Source of the DNA: Rhina ancylostomus
Taxonomy: Eukaryota
Direction of reading: 5' to 3'
Length of the DNA: 64,000 nucleotides
NCBI GenBank assembly: GCA_030265395.1
Contig: JARFYF010000017.1
Coordinates: 29,077,681-29,141,680, forward strand
The notes below the pieces were generated by a model that saw only the letters and a list, made by a program, of their open reading frames with translations, made no database searches and had not been told where the DNA came from. Shown here piece after piece: positions 1-12,690 of this stretch. How positions within the stretch are numbered: the first letter of the stretch is position 1; each line of letters begins with the position of its first letter. The translations under genes were made by a program, and so were the position numbers.

Positions 1-290
1 CTACCACATGTCTCTTTCCCACCCTTCCCTTCTGAGCAGCAGTACCAGTCCCAGTGCCAGAGACCTGGTTACTGCAGCTAGACCCCTGCAGTTCCTCCCG
101 CTCAACAGCCTCCAAAGCGGAAAACCTCTTTCTGAGGGGAACAGCCTCTGGGGTTCCCTGCTCTGCCTGCCTGTCTGACCTCTTCCCTCCCCTGACAGTC
201 ACCATTCTATCTGCCACCTGAACCCCAGAAGTACCTGCTCTAAGGGAGGTGACTGTCTCCTGATGTACCGTGTCCACATAACTCTCTCCC
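1..290 (-). mobile_element. CR1 LINE ORF1 fragment
   Basis: Minus strand reads GTPEAVPLRKRFSALEAVE, resembling the CR1 ORF1 SP..ipL.NRF..L motif upstream of the esterase domain. Confidence 0.55.
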
Positions 291-294
291 TCCC

Positions 295-1195
295 TGGCAA
301 CATTAGCTGCAACATTTCCTACGCTGCATTAATGATCACATATAAAATGTACTTAATTAGCTGTAAAGCACTTTGGAATATCCAGAGGTTATAGAAGATT
401 TGCTCTTCGCAAAATTCAACTAATAGCAAGGTGGTAATTCCAAGTTAATCTTTTTTTGTGATTTTGGCTGAGAGACAGATATCAGCTGTGGTACTACAAG
501 AATGCCGCATCTCTTTGAAATTGTGCCAAAGGATCCTTTATATCCATTTAAGAGAGCAGATAGGGCCACAGCTAATGAGTCATCCAAGAGGACACTAGTT
601 GAGTACCTCTCCATCAGTGTTTAAATACAAGCGATTTTTTTTCCTTAAAAAAAGTTTCCCATAAAAATGTCAAATATCTGCTTATTTGTACAGCCACTAG
701 AATGTATGAAATATTGTTCACAGGCACCTAATGTAAAAATTGATAGTTGCTGGGCCAAGTCTCTGTGTATCTACAGAAAAAAATTGCTTAATTACATTAC
801 CAGCTGTCAGTTTGACAAAGTGGTTCCACCATTCACTATTGAGTTGGAAAGTCATGGTCATGTAATCTTGGCCAATATTTCAATGGAATACCGAGAAAGT
901 GCTGCACTGTCAGAGATACATCTTTTGGATGAAACATGAAATCTGAAGATTCAGAGGTGTAAAGTAAATAAGAAATGGAGTGTTTTTCTGGTGTCCTTGT
1001 GAACTTTCAATCAACACTGTCAAAAGCAGAGTGATTATACATTCAGAGCATTACCGTTTGTTAGAGCTTGCGATGCATATATTATACACCCATCTATCTG
1101 CAAAACAGTTGTTCTGCTTCAAAAGATTATTTAATGTCTCTGAAGTACTTTAGGAATATCTAGGAAGATGAGAGGCTGCACATAAGTGTAGGTAG
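295..1195. mobile_element. Cluster of decayed DeuSINE (SacSINE1/AmnSINE-like) fragments: ~295-400 (+), ~455-615 (-), ~880-1195 (+)
   Basis: Degenerate matches to the Deu core (gtgctgcactgtc..cttttggatga; ggatcc..tggcac..tttcaaaga) and tail (ctgtaaagcactttgg..tcc.gagg). Confidence 0.55.
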
Positions 1196-2529
1196 TGTTA
1201 CTTTCCCTCAATGAATTTCATTAAGTAAATGCATACTTCTGTGAAGCACATAATTTAGTAATTTTGTGCTCACCTTATTGTCTTTGCAGTACTTTGTTAA
1301 GGACTTACTTCGCAGTAATTTAGATTTTCAGCTGATATTGCAAGATCGTATGTTTAATATATAAAACATTAAGCAAATGAAAGGAATCAGGAAGAAGTGG
1401 AAGTGGCTAAAACATTCATGTTGTTAAATTAAAATTGTTTTCCTCCTTGATAACCCCCTGGAATTCCAGATTGCTAATGAAAAATGCACCTAAATTAGAG
1501 AATTAATATTAATTTGCCAACTGAAGGTATTACTTGGCACTGTTGATCAGAATAAAGCAAAATGCTGAGCCCAGGTTTTAATACCTGTTATTCCTACTCT
1601 GTATAAATGACCTTCTTATACTTAAATAATTCATATTCAGCACATTTCACTATTCTCACTTATTTTCCATAAGCAAGGGACAATTACCCGCTGTAACAGG
1701 ATGTATTTTAAAGACTAAAAGTCACTTAGCATAACAGTCAATAAAATTAATGCAATGTCATTTTTTGGGAAAACAGAGAGGGACAAATGAAATCAGAAGA
1801 GCACATTCAACCTTCTGCAGAACTGACAGCTCAAAAATGATATTGATTGCACCTTGCAATGTTTACTGTTGTATAAATGCATGTCATTGTAATTTCTTCT
1901 GTTTTTCTTTTAGGTTCACTGATGATGCCCTGGCAGGAGATCCACCAATTTAAGAATCTATTAAACAAGGAAATAATCCTTTGAAAGGTTATTAGTAGGA
2001 TGCAAATGGCTAAAAAGTTATGGAGATAATTAAAATTTCTGTAACGTCACTCACTCCTCACAAAATATACCAATGCATTTGAAGTTTGTGATATTGATAG
2101 CACTTGAGTTGTTACTATTTTTCACACTGACAGCAATTATTACAGAATATAGCCTTTACTGACATCTTGGGATAAGAAACCAGGTAAGGAAATGAAGTGC
2201 CAAGAGTATGAAGAAAACATTGTTGAGATTAGATACTAGGTATAATAGGAAGTGATATTTTCCTGTCTGAGACCTTTGCTGGTGCCTTGTAGCCTCTTCA
2301 CACTCTGAAAAATATCACCATTTTTCTGTTAGGCTTCTGCATGGTGCCTCACCCTGTGCTGCAGTGTGCCACTGTAGGGAAAAGTAAATCCAGCACTGCC
2401 CATACCGTACACAAAAGAAAGAATATTGATGACAATCCCTTTCCCCTTTTTGTCCATTATTTTCCTATGCTGTTTGGTTATTTGCATTATGTTATTCCCA
2501 AACCAAGAGCAGATGAATTTAAAATCGTA

Positions 2530-3110
2530 GATAAGTTAGAATGCAAAAGGAAGCCATTTGGCCCCTTGTGTCTATGTTGGTCAACAAAGAGCTGGCCAGC
2601 TTAACCCCACCTTCCATCATATGGTCCCTGCTCTGCAGGTCATGGCCCTTTGTACATATTCAGATACCTTTTAAATGCAATGACAGTTTCTGTCTCTACC
2701 ACTGTTTCATGCAGGGAATCCCAGATCTCTGCCACCCTCTGAGTGAAATAATATTTCCCCGGCTCTGCTCTAATCCTTCCAACAATTAAATCTACACACT
2801 TTGTTTTTTTGCTAAGCAAAGTATTCCTTGTTACTCTATCCAGGCCCCTTGTAATTTTATACCCAGAAATCTCCCCCTCAGCCTTAACTTTTCCCAAGAA
2901 AACAACCCTAGCTTATCTAATCTTCACAGCCACAATTTTCCTTTCCCAGCAACATCCTTGTAGGTTTCCAGTGAATCGCATCCTTCTTGTGATGCACTGA
3001 GCAGAGCTGCATGCAGTATTCAAGCTGTGATCTACCTATTATTGTACTCAGTTCTGGCATAACCTCCTTGCTCCTATACTTTATACATCAGCTAATAAAG
3101 GAAAACTTAT
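2530..3110 (-). mobile_element. CR1 LINE 3' end
   Basis: ORF 2640..2897 contains FTQRVAEIWDSLHETVVETETVIAFKRYLN, a typical CR1 RT C-terminus. Confidence 0.8.
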
Positions 3111-4619
3111 CAATCCCCACTATTCTTCTTTGACACCTTCACATTCACCTTGCAAAAGGCCATGATTCATGTGGAGGCAAAAATCCAGAGAATATATTAT
3201 TTGCTTTCCAGAAATCTCGTCCTGCTCAAAATTTTAAGAGGGGGATTTTCAAATCATGTACTCACAGACAATACTGGAAATACTCATCAGGTCTAGAAAC
3301 ATCTGTGAAGACAAATACAGAGTTGACATTTCAGTTGATAACCTTATATCAGAATGTTTTCAACTTCCCACTAGTTTTCATACAATGACTACGAGGCTTT
3401 CTAATTTTAAGTGGCAAGTTTACATTACAAAGTGTCATTTTGCATTTGGTACATTTTTGATCTACAGAACCAGTCTGAGGCTTAATACACTCACAGTCCA
3501 GCACACTGTGTGGGTATTTTCAACTTCCTCAGTTGCTGATTCGAAACCTTCTTCTAAATCCAACGTAGGAACAGTTGACAGGGATCATATCCTCGCATTA
3601 TCTCAGCAGATCCTCAGCAGCAATTAGTTCTGTTGGCCATTTTTAAGTGATAGTGGGCTTTTGTGGTCATTTCTGGTATATTGGCTGATGTAGCTACATA
3701 AGCGCCAGACTGTGGCAAGTTAATTTTCTGTTCTTGAAAGAGAATTACTGCTCAAGAGCCTTTGTAACCAACTTCATCCAGTAATGTAGCTGTGCTGCTG
3801 GGTGTGCCATTGTGGCTGAAGGCTCAGGAGGAGGTGGGGGTGGAATACCATACACTAGTTTACAGATTGAGACAGGGTATCTAGTTATGTGAAGAGCTGT
3901 GGGTCTAGGCTGCTGCTCGTCAGTGGATCAGTCATTTCATTACCCAAAGCCCTGAATTTAAATGTATCTTGGTCAGTGACATAAACAATATTAACCAATT
4001 TGCAACAATTGCTTGCGTCAAATCCATGAGTGCACTTAATTGTGGGCAGACTGAAGCATCACGGAGCTGCAAGCACCGGACTGCAGACCACAGCAGGGTG
4101 TTCACACAGCAGTTTGGCCACAGCAGGGTGTTCTTTGATCTGGCTTGCATTATAGTAGCAGTACTGGCACTGATTGAAGCAGTGTCAGGGAGGAGTCATC
4201 CTGCCATCCTGAAAAGGCAAACTGTATGCTACTCCTATGGAGTTACTGATATTCACATGAGGCTGGGCCTCGGCACTCCACTTCCTGTGCAAACCAAGTG
4301 GGAATGATTGGATGATTTGGAGATCTTGGATTCAAGATGCAGGAACTGCTGGAACCCATGGAAACAGACTTACACTCCAGGATTCATAACAGGTGATTAA
4401 ATGCTTCAAGGTTAACTACATTGTTCTGATGCAAGGACCCCATGAGCTGAAGGTGGTCTGCTCTACTTCTCCCTTCCTTGTGTCCACTATTGATCTTTCA
4501 TATCTATTGCTCCAAATGTCTTCATTCATTCCTAAAACAAACCATCAAGAGACAAGTTACCCTGTGACGAATTCATCCTTTCTCCTGCCCATGTTTCTTT
4601 GAACTTGAGATTGTGATCC

Positions 4620-5320
4620 TCCTAATCGAGACCCCTGTTGCTTCGGGTGTCTTTGTGGAGTTTACATGCCCTCCCTGTGGCTGCGTGACCTACCCCCAGG
4701 AGACACATCCCAAGATTTGCTGGTTGTAAGGTTAATTGTCCACTGTAAACTATCAGTAGTTTAGATGGATGGTATCAGAATCATGGGCATGTATGAGAGA
4801 GTGTATTACAGGGAAATAAGTGGGGTAATGGAAGTGATAGAATTGTGCTTACAGTCAGTGTAGACTTCATGGGTCAAATGGCCTGCCCCTGTGTTGTAGA
4901 GGTATACAAAACATGATGCTAAGCAACAGTTCAAGACAGCAGCAGGATTCTGTGCATATCATTTTCATATATTTTCTTACAAAATAGGAGGAAGCCACTC
5001 AGTCCATCAAGCCTATGCAATCTTCAGTGCATTCCTACCAGTCTTATTCTCCCACTTATTTCCCTGTAGCCTATTCTCTCACCTGCCCATCAACTCCCTC
5101 CAATTCTCCGACCACCTACCCACACTTTGGATTATTTTCAGTAGCCAATTAATCTACCAACCAGTACATCTTGGAGATGTGGGAGGAAACCGCAGCTCCC
5201 AGAGAAAATCCATGTGGCAACAGGCAGAACATGCAAACTCCATATAGACAACACCCAAGGTCAGGATTGAATCTAGATCCCTAATTGCTGCACTGCTGTG
5301 CTACCTGTTGTGCCACTGAG
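4620..5320. mobile_element. Two oppositely oriented tRNA-derived SINE copies (~4620-4900 +, ~4980-5320 -)
   Basis: Shared core gtggagtttgcatgttctccctgtg...gggtttcc and ggttaattg.ccactgtaaa motifs also seen at 20015, 22125 and 38485. Confidence 0.7.
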
Positions 5321-6259
5321 CCACAAACGTGTGGAAGAAAGTTCAAGTGGAGGTGAAATGAGAAGTAGGGCACCAAACACACAGGCAGAACATATTGGAC
5401 CAATCTCAATATCTGTGTACATTTCTAGCACAGCTTCTTCTCACAGTATCCATGGGAGCTTCTGCCATTTTGTCAGCACTTAGAATGGTGCTGGGCTTTG
5501 TCTTGTGCTGCTTGCTCTCTTGCATTGTCTTGGAAGAAGATAACCTATTGAAGGGTTCTGCACAGATGGGGACAAAAGGAGCAGTGAGTGTGGTGCACTG
5601 AATCATTGTGAGGAGATAACAGTGTAGATCTATAGTTGAAACAGATGCGGTGTAGTGTAAGGCATTGTGTGACGGGAAGTTGGGGAAGGATTGCAAAGGA
5701 CAATGCGCTACAAACCTCTGGAAAGCAAATTAAAGGAGTAGAGTTCTTTGGCAGTTCTGGTCAAAGCATTGAGTTTTAATGGGCCTTTGCTAGGTTCTCA
5801 GAACAATGCTTAAACATGCTCCTAGTCAGCCACTAGCAGCTGTCATGGTAGAATGACTCCCATGGCACCTCCCTCCAAACATCCAGAATTAGGACTTGAT
5901 TGTTCCCACTGTTTTTCCCTGCAAGGGCCTCTGGAGAGTTGACAGAAGATTTTAGGGATTTGCAACCCAGAACATGAAGTTGCTGTCCAGGATTAAGTTC
6001 ATAACCCAGTGAAGTGCACCACCCCCAAACAGTAATGGGACCTTCTCACACCCCCCCCCACCTTGTTATTCACACAAACAACTAGGACTGTTGATCCATC
6101 ACCTACTTTCACCACTTAGATTAATATTTTACCCTCTCTCCAGCCAACACTTGCTAACCACGCGGCTTTTAAAATCTTTTTTATCACAATTAAGTCACTG
6201 AAGTGTTAAATTTTGCAAAGAAAATGGATAATCATGTTGTCAATAGTATACACAGAGAA

Positions 6260-6887
6260 ATAATTTTACATTTCAACAAGCTTTTTTATTTGAATTGGCA
6301 ATTACACAATTCTGTGAGTTCACTAATGATAACTTTATTCACATGGATTCAATGACCTAAATAACATGGTTGATTAACTTGTTAAAAAAACTAGCCATAA
6401 CAAATAGATTATGTTGCCATTCAAAACCATAGACTAGCAGGATCAAAAATTTATTGTTTCCTTTTAAGTAAAAAAAAGGATATTTTAAAGGAATTTTGAT
6501 ATTAATGTGATGCTGTTTACATCTTTCCATACTTAAGTTGAAAAACTTCTCTCCAGTGAACTGGAGCAATTAATGGGCTAACAGCAGGAGATCAAAGAAT
6601 TAAATCTTCAGCTTATTTACAGTAAGTAATTATAAACCAGCAATACAACATTAACAAGCTTCAGAACACAATAATAAGTCTGTTATTAAGAATTGTTGTT
6701 GACAGTTCATCTCACAGAAAGTCAATAAGAGTTAGGCAAGGATAATCCCACTTCCGCATATTTTGTCAGTGGGCTGATACTTGGGGTATATTAAAATATG
6801 ACACGAAATGTCAAAGTGAGAGAGCAGCATTTTCAAGAGATAAACAGACCAAAAGAAAGCGCTCAGTAACGGCATAGCAGTTCCATT
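6260..6887 (-). other. NETO2: Probable NETO2 3' UTR with candidate AATAAA signals (6285-6290, 6334-6339, 6450-6455)
   Basis: AT-rich, repeat-free sequence after the stop codon; tttatt hexamers on the + strand. The true 3' end is not determinable from sequence alone. Confidence 0.5.
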
Positions 6888-7471
6888 TTAAAAGTCAATG
6901 GACATTGAACGCTGGACAGTGTCATTTCTGCCACGTACATAGATCTCAGAGGGAATCTCCTCCATCACTCTATCTTCTATGACTCGTTCTGGACTATCCT
7001 GTGAGTGTTTTAAAGTATAGCAGCTTTTCTTGAAGGTGCTGTTAAATGTTTTCATTGGCTGTGGCTGAGAGAAATCATTCCGAAATGGAAGATCCATTGT
7101 GCTTAAATTAGTCCTGCTTTGCTTCATGCTTGGTGGCTGTGAGCCACAGTGGTGGTCGTGAATGCATCTGGAGGCACTGGAGGAGGAGCGCCTCAGTTTA
7201 TGGTAGTTCTCAAAGTCCTCGGATAAATCAGCTAAATCTGCCGTTATTTCTTTGTCTCTCAGTGAAAAAAGTTCATAATGAGGAGGATCGAATACTTCTT
7301 GAAATCCTGATTTGTTTAATGTTGCTTTGCGAGCTAAAACCTTCTTGCGTGGTTGTTTCACTTGGACCAGTACAGAAATGACGAGAAGAACTAGAACAAT
7401 TCCTGATGAAATACCGATGACTGTTCCATGAGTTTTGGTAATCTGGTGAAAGAGGCCAGGTGTTTTCTTTT
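6888..7471 (-). CDS. NETO2: NETO2 terminal coding exon 9 (transmembrane helix and cytoplasmic tail ending in the PDZ-ligand SIDF)
   Basis: Acceptor tttacag; TM segment [21 protein letters not shown]; NETO2-type tail [19 protein letters not shown]...MSIDF*; TAA at 6888-6890. Confidence 0.98.
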
Positions 7472-8049
7472 CTGTAAAGTACAAGTATTCCAAGGTGAAA
7501 ACATCAGCAACCTAGAAATATTCAAGCTTGTACTATATTAAAGAAAAATATTTCTTCTTGAACAAAACTAGACAACTATTCTTGCCCTAACCACAGCTCA
7601 GCAAATGACCCACATAATTGCTAGTAACAATCATAGCTTAAAGCTTCATATGAATTCTGATGCTTGTAAACTAGACTGACCTCTCATAACCATTCCAGTT
7701 CAGTGTAATGTTCCAATTTTCCACAAAGAAATCACCTTTATTTTCCAATTTGCTTAATTTACAATTCCAGAAGTGATATGAAAATAAATGGATTTACATC
7801 TCTTTGAGGACTTAAAGATTTTTATTAAATAGATGTGCTATTTCATGTTGTTGATAAGGTTGCTTGTAGAAGTGGGGGAGAGGGTTAGTGTAGAACATGG
7901 ATCTCGTGAGTCAAATGGCAAGTGTCTGTACTGTAAATACAAGGCAATACCATGAAACAGCATTTCCTTTTTACATCTTTTCCATGTACAACCAAATGGT
8001 TCATTGCAAACATTTGGCTTTCTATTGATCATCTAATGAATCTCAAACT

Positions 8050-8370
8050 CTTTTTTATTCCAGAATGGAAATGTCAAAGACCAGAGGACATAAATTTAAA
8101 GTGAGAGGTCAAAAGTTTATAGGTGATTTACAAGGCTGATTTTTTTACACAGAGTGTGGTAAGTGCATGGAACGTGCTGCCAGGGAGGTGGTAGAAGGAG
8201 ATATGATAGCAATGGTTAAGAGGCATCTAGAAAGGACATGAACAGGCAGGGAATGGAGGGATATGGACCATGTGCCAGCAGATGGGATCAGTTTAGATCG
8301 GCATCATGGTCAGCAAAGACATGGTGGGCCAAAGGGTCTGTTCCTGTGCTGGACTGTTCTTTGTTCTGTG
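8050..8370 (+). mobile_element. CR1 LINE 3' end
   Basis: accagaggacataaatttaaagtgagagg...acacagagtgtggtaagtgcatggaacgtgctgcc...ctgttcctgtgctggactgttct, a canonical CR1 3' end. Confidence 0.85.
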
Positions 8371-9029
8371 TAACCACCTTGTTTTTTTTTCAGCTCCAAC
8401 ACCATGAACTATAATAATAGGCTCCCATATCTTCACTTATATGTTCAATAACTGACCACTACTTGTTGCACTTTCCTTATTCAGGACAGGACAGCATAAT
8501 AATGCAACATATAGCAGCAAGGCTGGTGGAGGAATAATGGACATCATTCCCTAGAAATTCATCCCTGGCCAGTCTGCTAGATAGAATTTATTGGTGTTAG
8601 TACAGTACCTCTGAAGTTTATGCCATTGATTTCAAAGAAATGAATTTAGAAAGTAGAGTACGATGCACCAATACTACTTATAGCTTGTATAGTGCTACCG
8701 AGCATGGTTGCGTTGCTGGACACACGCCCTTCACTCAAATGAGTCCAAGCCTTGGAGATTAATAGCATTGGAAAAGACAAAGGGTGACATAACATCAAAG
8801 TAGGGGGTTCAGTTATATGTTGTAAATCTTTAATTACATCAGCAATACTCAGTAAATCCCCCAACCTGAAGTTGCATTATGAAAACTCATGAAGCCTCTT
8901 TGTGCCATTTTACTCTGCCCCATTTCTATTTTATCTTTGGCATTCTCAGCTCTTGGTATGACAAAAGAAAGTGTCTTGGAAAAGAACAATGCAGAATATG
9001 CACTCTTCTCCTCAAAAAACTAATACTTC

Positions 9030-11380
9030 ACTGCTCCAGCCTTGCAAAGTACCACTCCATTCCCAACCTCTTTCTTCTCCAAAGTTGTTGAACATGCTGT
9101 TCACTGGCAAATTCGTGCCCATTTTTCCTTGATATTTTAATTTATTCTTTCCAATCCAGTTTTTGTCCCCATCTTATTACCAAAGTGGATCTGATCAAAG
9201 TCACTAATGTCATACAATGTGATTATGACAAATGTCAGCTAACCATCCTTATCCTTCTTGACATTTGCAACCTTTAATGTAGTTGGCCATACTATCCTCT
9301 TCCAATGTCTCTGTGTATGGTCCACTGGGAGGAAATGCATTTATCTGTTTCTAATTGGTAGTTGGTTTATTATTGTCACATGTACCAAGATACAGGGAAA
9401 AACTTGCCATCCATGCAGACCATTTCAAAACATCAGTACATCAAGGTAGTATAGAGGGAAGAACAATAACAAAATGCAGAATATTTTTAAATAATTAGTT
9501 GAAGCCAGAGAATCATCTTCAAAGGCCTCTCTTCTCCTGCTTAGACTATTATCATTGAAGTTCTCTCCTTGACCCTCTCTATTAATTAATCTCCATGCTG
9601 CCCCTCAGCAACAACATCTGAAAATCCAACATGACCTCAGCACTACTTCTTTTGACCCCTCCACTGTCCTTAAATTGTCAGTTTGTTTGACATCTACTAT
9701 TCGAAAAGGAAAAAATCCATAAATTAATATTGGGAAGAATAAAGCCACAGTCTTCAGTCCGCATTATAACCTCTGTTTCCTTGTCACTAATTCCATCCCT
9801 CTCTCTGGCATCTGAAACTGAACTAGACAATTTAGAAACTCAGAGTCGTATTTAACTCAAGGTGGACTTTGGATTACATATCCACGATTTTCACCTCTGA
9901 GACATTGCCTGAGAGATTCTCCCACAGCCTTCTGCTGCTACAATTTTCATCCACTCATTTGTTATTTCTGGACTTGATTTCCCCAAGGCACAGCTTTGCT
10001 TTGCATTATTCTCAGTAAACTTCAAGCAATTCAAAACTCTACTGCCCTATTGGGTCTATCTATCACCCTTTCTCTCGCTGACCAACATTGGTTTCTGTTC
10101 AGCAAAGGCACTTTTATTAAAATCTTTTTTTTAAATATCCACATGACCTTAGTCTGCTCCAGAGCTACAGCTCCCTGAGATATCTCTGCTCCTCCAGTAC
10201 TGGCTCTTGATTATTCATGACCTTTACTGCAGCACCAATAACCACTATACTATTACAGGTAGTCCCTGGGTAACGAATGGGTTCTATCTTTACAAATGTC
10301 CATAAGTCAATTTTGTCCGTATGTCAGAAAATACATAAAGATCACTCCACACGGTAACCATACCTACAATGTTGTAATGAATGGCATCAAAAGCACATAA
10401 GACTGATAAGAAATAACAATTACTGAAANNNNNNNNNNNNNNNNNNNNNNNNNNNNNNNNNNNNNNNNNNNNNNNNNNNNNNNNNNNNNNNNNNNNNNNN
10501 NNNNNNNNNNNNNNNNNNNNNNNNNNNNNNNNNNNNNNNNNNNNNNNNNNNNNNNNNNNNNNNNNNNNNNNNNNNNNNNNNNNNNNNNNNNNNNNNNNNN
10601 NNNNNNNNNNNNNNNNNNNNNNNNNNNNNNNNNNNNNNNNNNNNNNNNNNNNNNNNNNNNNNNNNNNNNNNNNNNNNNNNNNNNNNNNNNNNNNNNNNNN
10701 NNNNNNNNNNNNNNNNNNNNNNNNNNNNNNNNNNNNNNNNNNNNNNNNNNNNNNNNNNNNNNNNNNNNNNNNNNNNNNNNNNNNNNNNNNNNNNNNNNNN
10801 NNNNNNNNNNNNNNNNNNNNNNNNNNNNNNNNNNNNNNNNNNNNNNNNNNNNNNNNNNNNNNNNNNNNNNNNNNNNNNNNNNNNNNNNNNNNNNNNNNNN
10901 NNNNNNNNNNNNNNNNNNNNNNNNNNNNNNNNNNNNNNNNNNNNNNNNNNNNNNNNNNNNNNNNNNNNNNNNNNNNNNNNNNNNNNNNNNNNNNNNNNNN
11001 NNNNNNNNNNNNNNNNNNNAACTCAATGTAACTGCACTGTGTAATGAATTGACCTGTATGATCGGTATGCAAGACAAGTTTTTCACTGTACCTTGGCACA
11101 AGTGACAATAATAAACCAATTCCAATACCATAAGTCAGGCATTCATAACCTGGGAACAGCATGTATACGTCTAGGCCTTAATTTCTGAAATACCTTACCA
11201 AAATCTTTCAACTCTCTATCTTTTGTTCCACCTTTTATATTCTCCTCAAAACTTACTTCTTTTGTTTATCTGTCCTTATTTAAATGTGATAGGTCAGTAT
11301 TAAACTTTCTTTAATAACGTTCTGGTTAAATGCCTTAAGGTAGTTTGCTATTAAGAGTGCTATATAAATGGAAATTGTTT
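9030..11380 (+). mobile_element. Decayed L2 LINE interrupted by younger insertions
   Basis: Degenerate YRPISNLPFLSKVLE-like sequence at ~9050-9100; L2-type 3' end (ctcctcaaaacttacttct...gtgctatataaatg) at ~11170-11380. Confidence 0.6.
10256..11163. mobile_element. Tigger/pogo-like (Tc1-mariner) DNA transposon spanning an N-gap
   Basis: Imperfect terminal inverted repeats caggtagtccctgggtaacgaatg / cattcataacctgggaacagcatg, each flanked by TA. Confidence 0.65.
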
Positions 11381-11519
11381 ATGTTTTTGCACTGTCACAC
11401 ACTTCATCCTTTAATGCACCAGCAGAAATACGGAAGTTTTTTTACTGAATAGGTTTACTAGACTAATACCTTGTATAGCTAGGTTGCCTTAGGAGAAAAG
11501 ATTGGACTAGCTAGACTTG

Positions 11520-12690
11520 AAATGGCTGGAGCAACACTCTAAATGATGGAGGAACTCAGTGGGTCAGGCAGGCTATATGGAGGGAAATGGACAGTCGACA
11601 TTTCAGATTGAGATCTTTATCTGGACTACTTTTTTTAAGACATTTTGAGGAGGATGAAGGGGTCATCAGTGGGGGTTGGGGAATACTTGCTGAAGAAGTA
11701 GGCACGGAGGCAGAAGCAGGTATTCCCCAGAAGAAGAGCTTGGCATCATGGTGGGTGCAGAACTTGTTGATCCTGACCTCCGTGTCAAGGTTGGGTGGCG
11801 CAGCAGTAGAACTGCTGCCTGACAGCTCCAGGGACCCAGGTTCAATCCTGACCTCTGGTGCTATCAGTGTTAAGTTTGGAAGCAGTCCAGATGAAGGATC
11901 CTGACCCGAAACATCAACTGACCATTTCCCATCGTAGATGCTGCCTGAATCACTGAGTTCCTCCTGTGTTTTGTGTGTTGCTCCAGATTCCAGCATCTTC
12001 AGTCTCTTGTGTTTCTTTCATTGGCTGGTGTTCAGAAAGCTGAGCGGGCACTTGATTTAAACAAATAAGATCCCGAGGGGGCTTGTGAAATGTGGAAAGG
12101 ATCTTTCTGCTTTTGGGAGAATCTAGAACCAAAGGTCGCTGTTGAAAAGTGGGGGAGGGTCAACCATTTAATAAAGAGATAGATGAATACTTGATAAGGA
12201 AGCGAGTGAAAAGTTAGTACAGGTAGATGGAAATGTAGAATTGAGGTTATAATCAGATCAGCCACGATCTTATATAATGTCAGACCAGGCTTTATGGGAC
12301 CAAGTGGCCTAGTCCTGCTTTTAATTTGTATGTTCATGAACAAAGTGCTTCTCTGCCATAATCATTTTACTTCTGTTATATGAGAGAAAGTATGTACACC
12401 ACCAATAGCCCAATAGCCACTTAAGGAAATGAAATATGTGGTGGACCTGTCCAAAAATATTTAAAATGTGAAAAGTGAAAGACTCGCATTGCAATGAATT
12501 CCCTACTCAAGAGACATGTGGATTTGCAATTACTGAGTACATTCAAGATAGAGATTAATAGATGATTTGGAGATTAAGGGAATCACTGAATATGGGACTA
12601 TTACAGGAAGGTGGTGCTGTTGTAAAAGATTGGGCATGAACTTACTTAATAATAGAGCAGACAGGAGATGTTGAACTATTACATATGTTC
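11520..12690. mobile_element. Cluster of short retroposon fragments (Penelope-like tail ~11520-11620 and ~11875-12015, tRNA-SINE head ~11790-11870, CR1 3' ends ~12070-12330 and ~12500-12690)
   Basis: gatgaagg.tc..gacccgaaac...gatgctgcctga..ctgagttcctcc motif; B-box ggttcaatcc; CR1-like 3' sequences. Confidence 0.6.

Noticed and set aside
4088-4133. Short local duplications (ccacagcagggtgttc x2; also ~15078-15116, ~32132-32153, ~54432-54458)
   Set aside because: Two-copy slippage duplications; not arrays or CRISPR-like, and nothing suggests function.
10290-11162. Long ORFs (290 and 255 aa) in the ORF track; similar cases at 24343-24951, 48306-48689 and 54938-55224
   Set aside because: Artefacts of translating through N-gaps.
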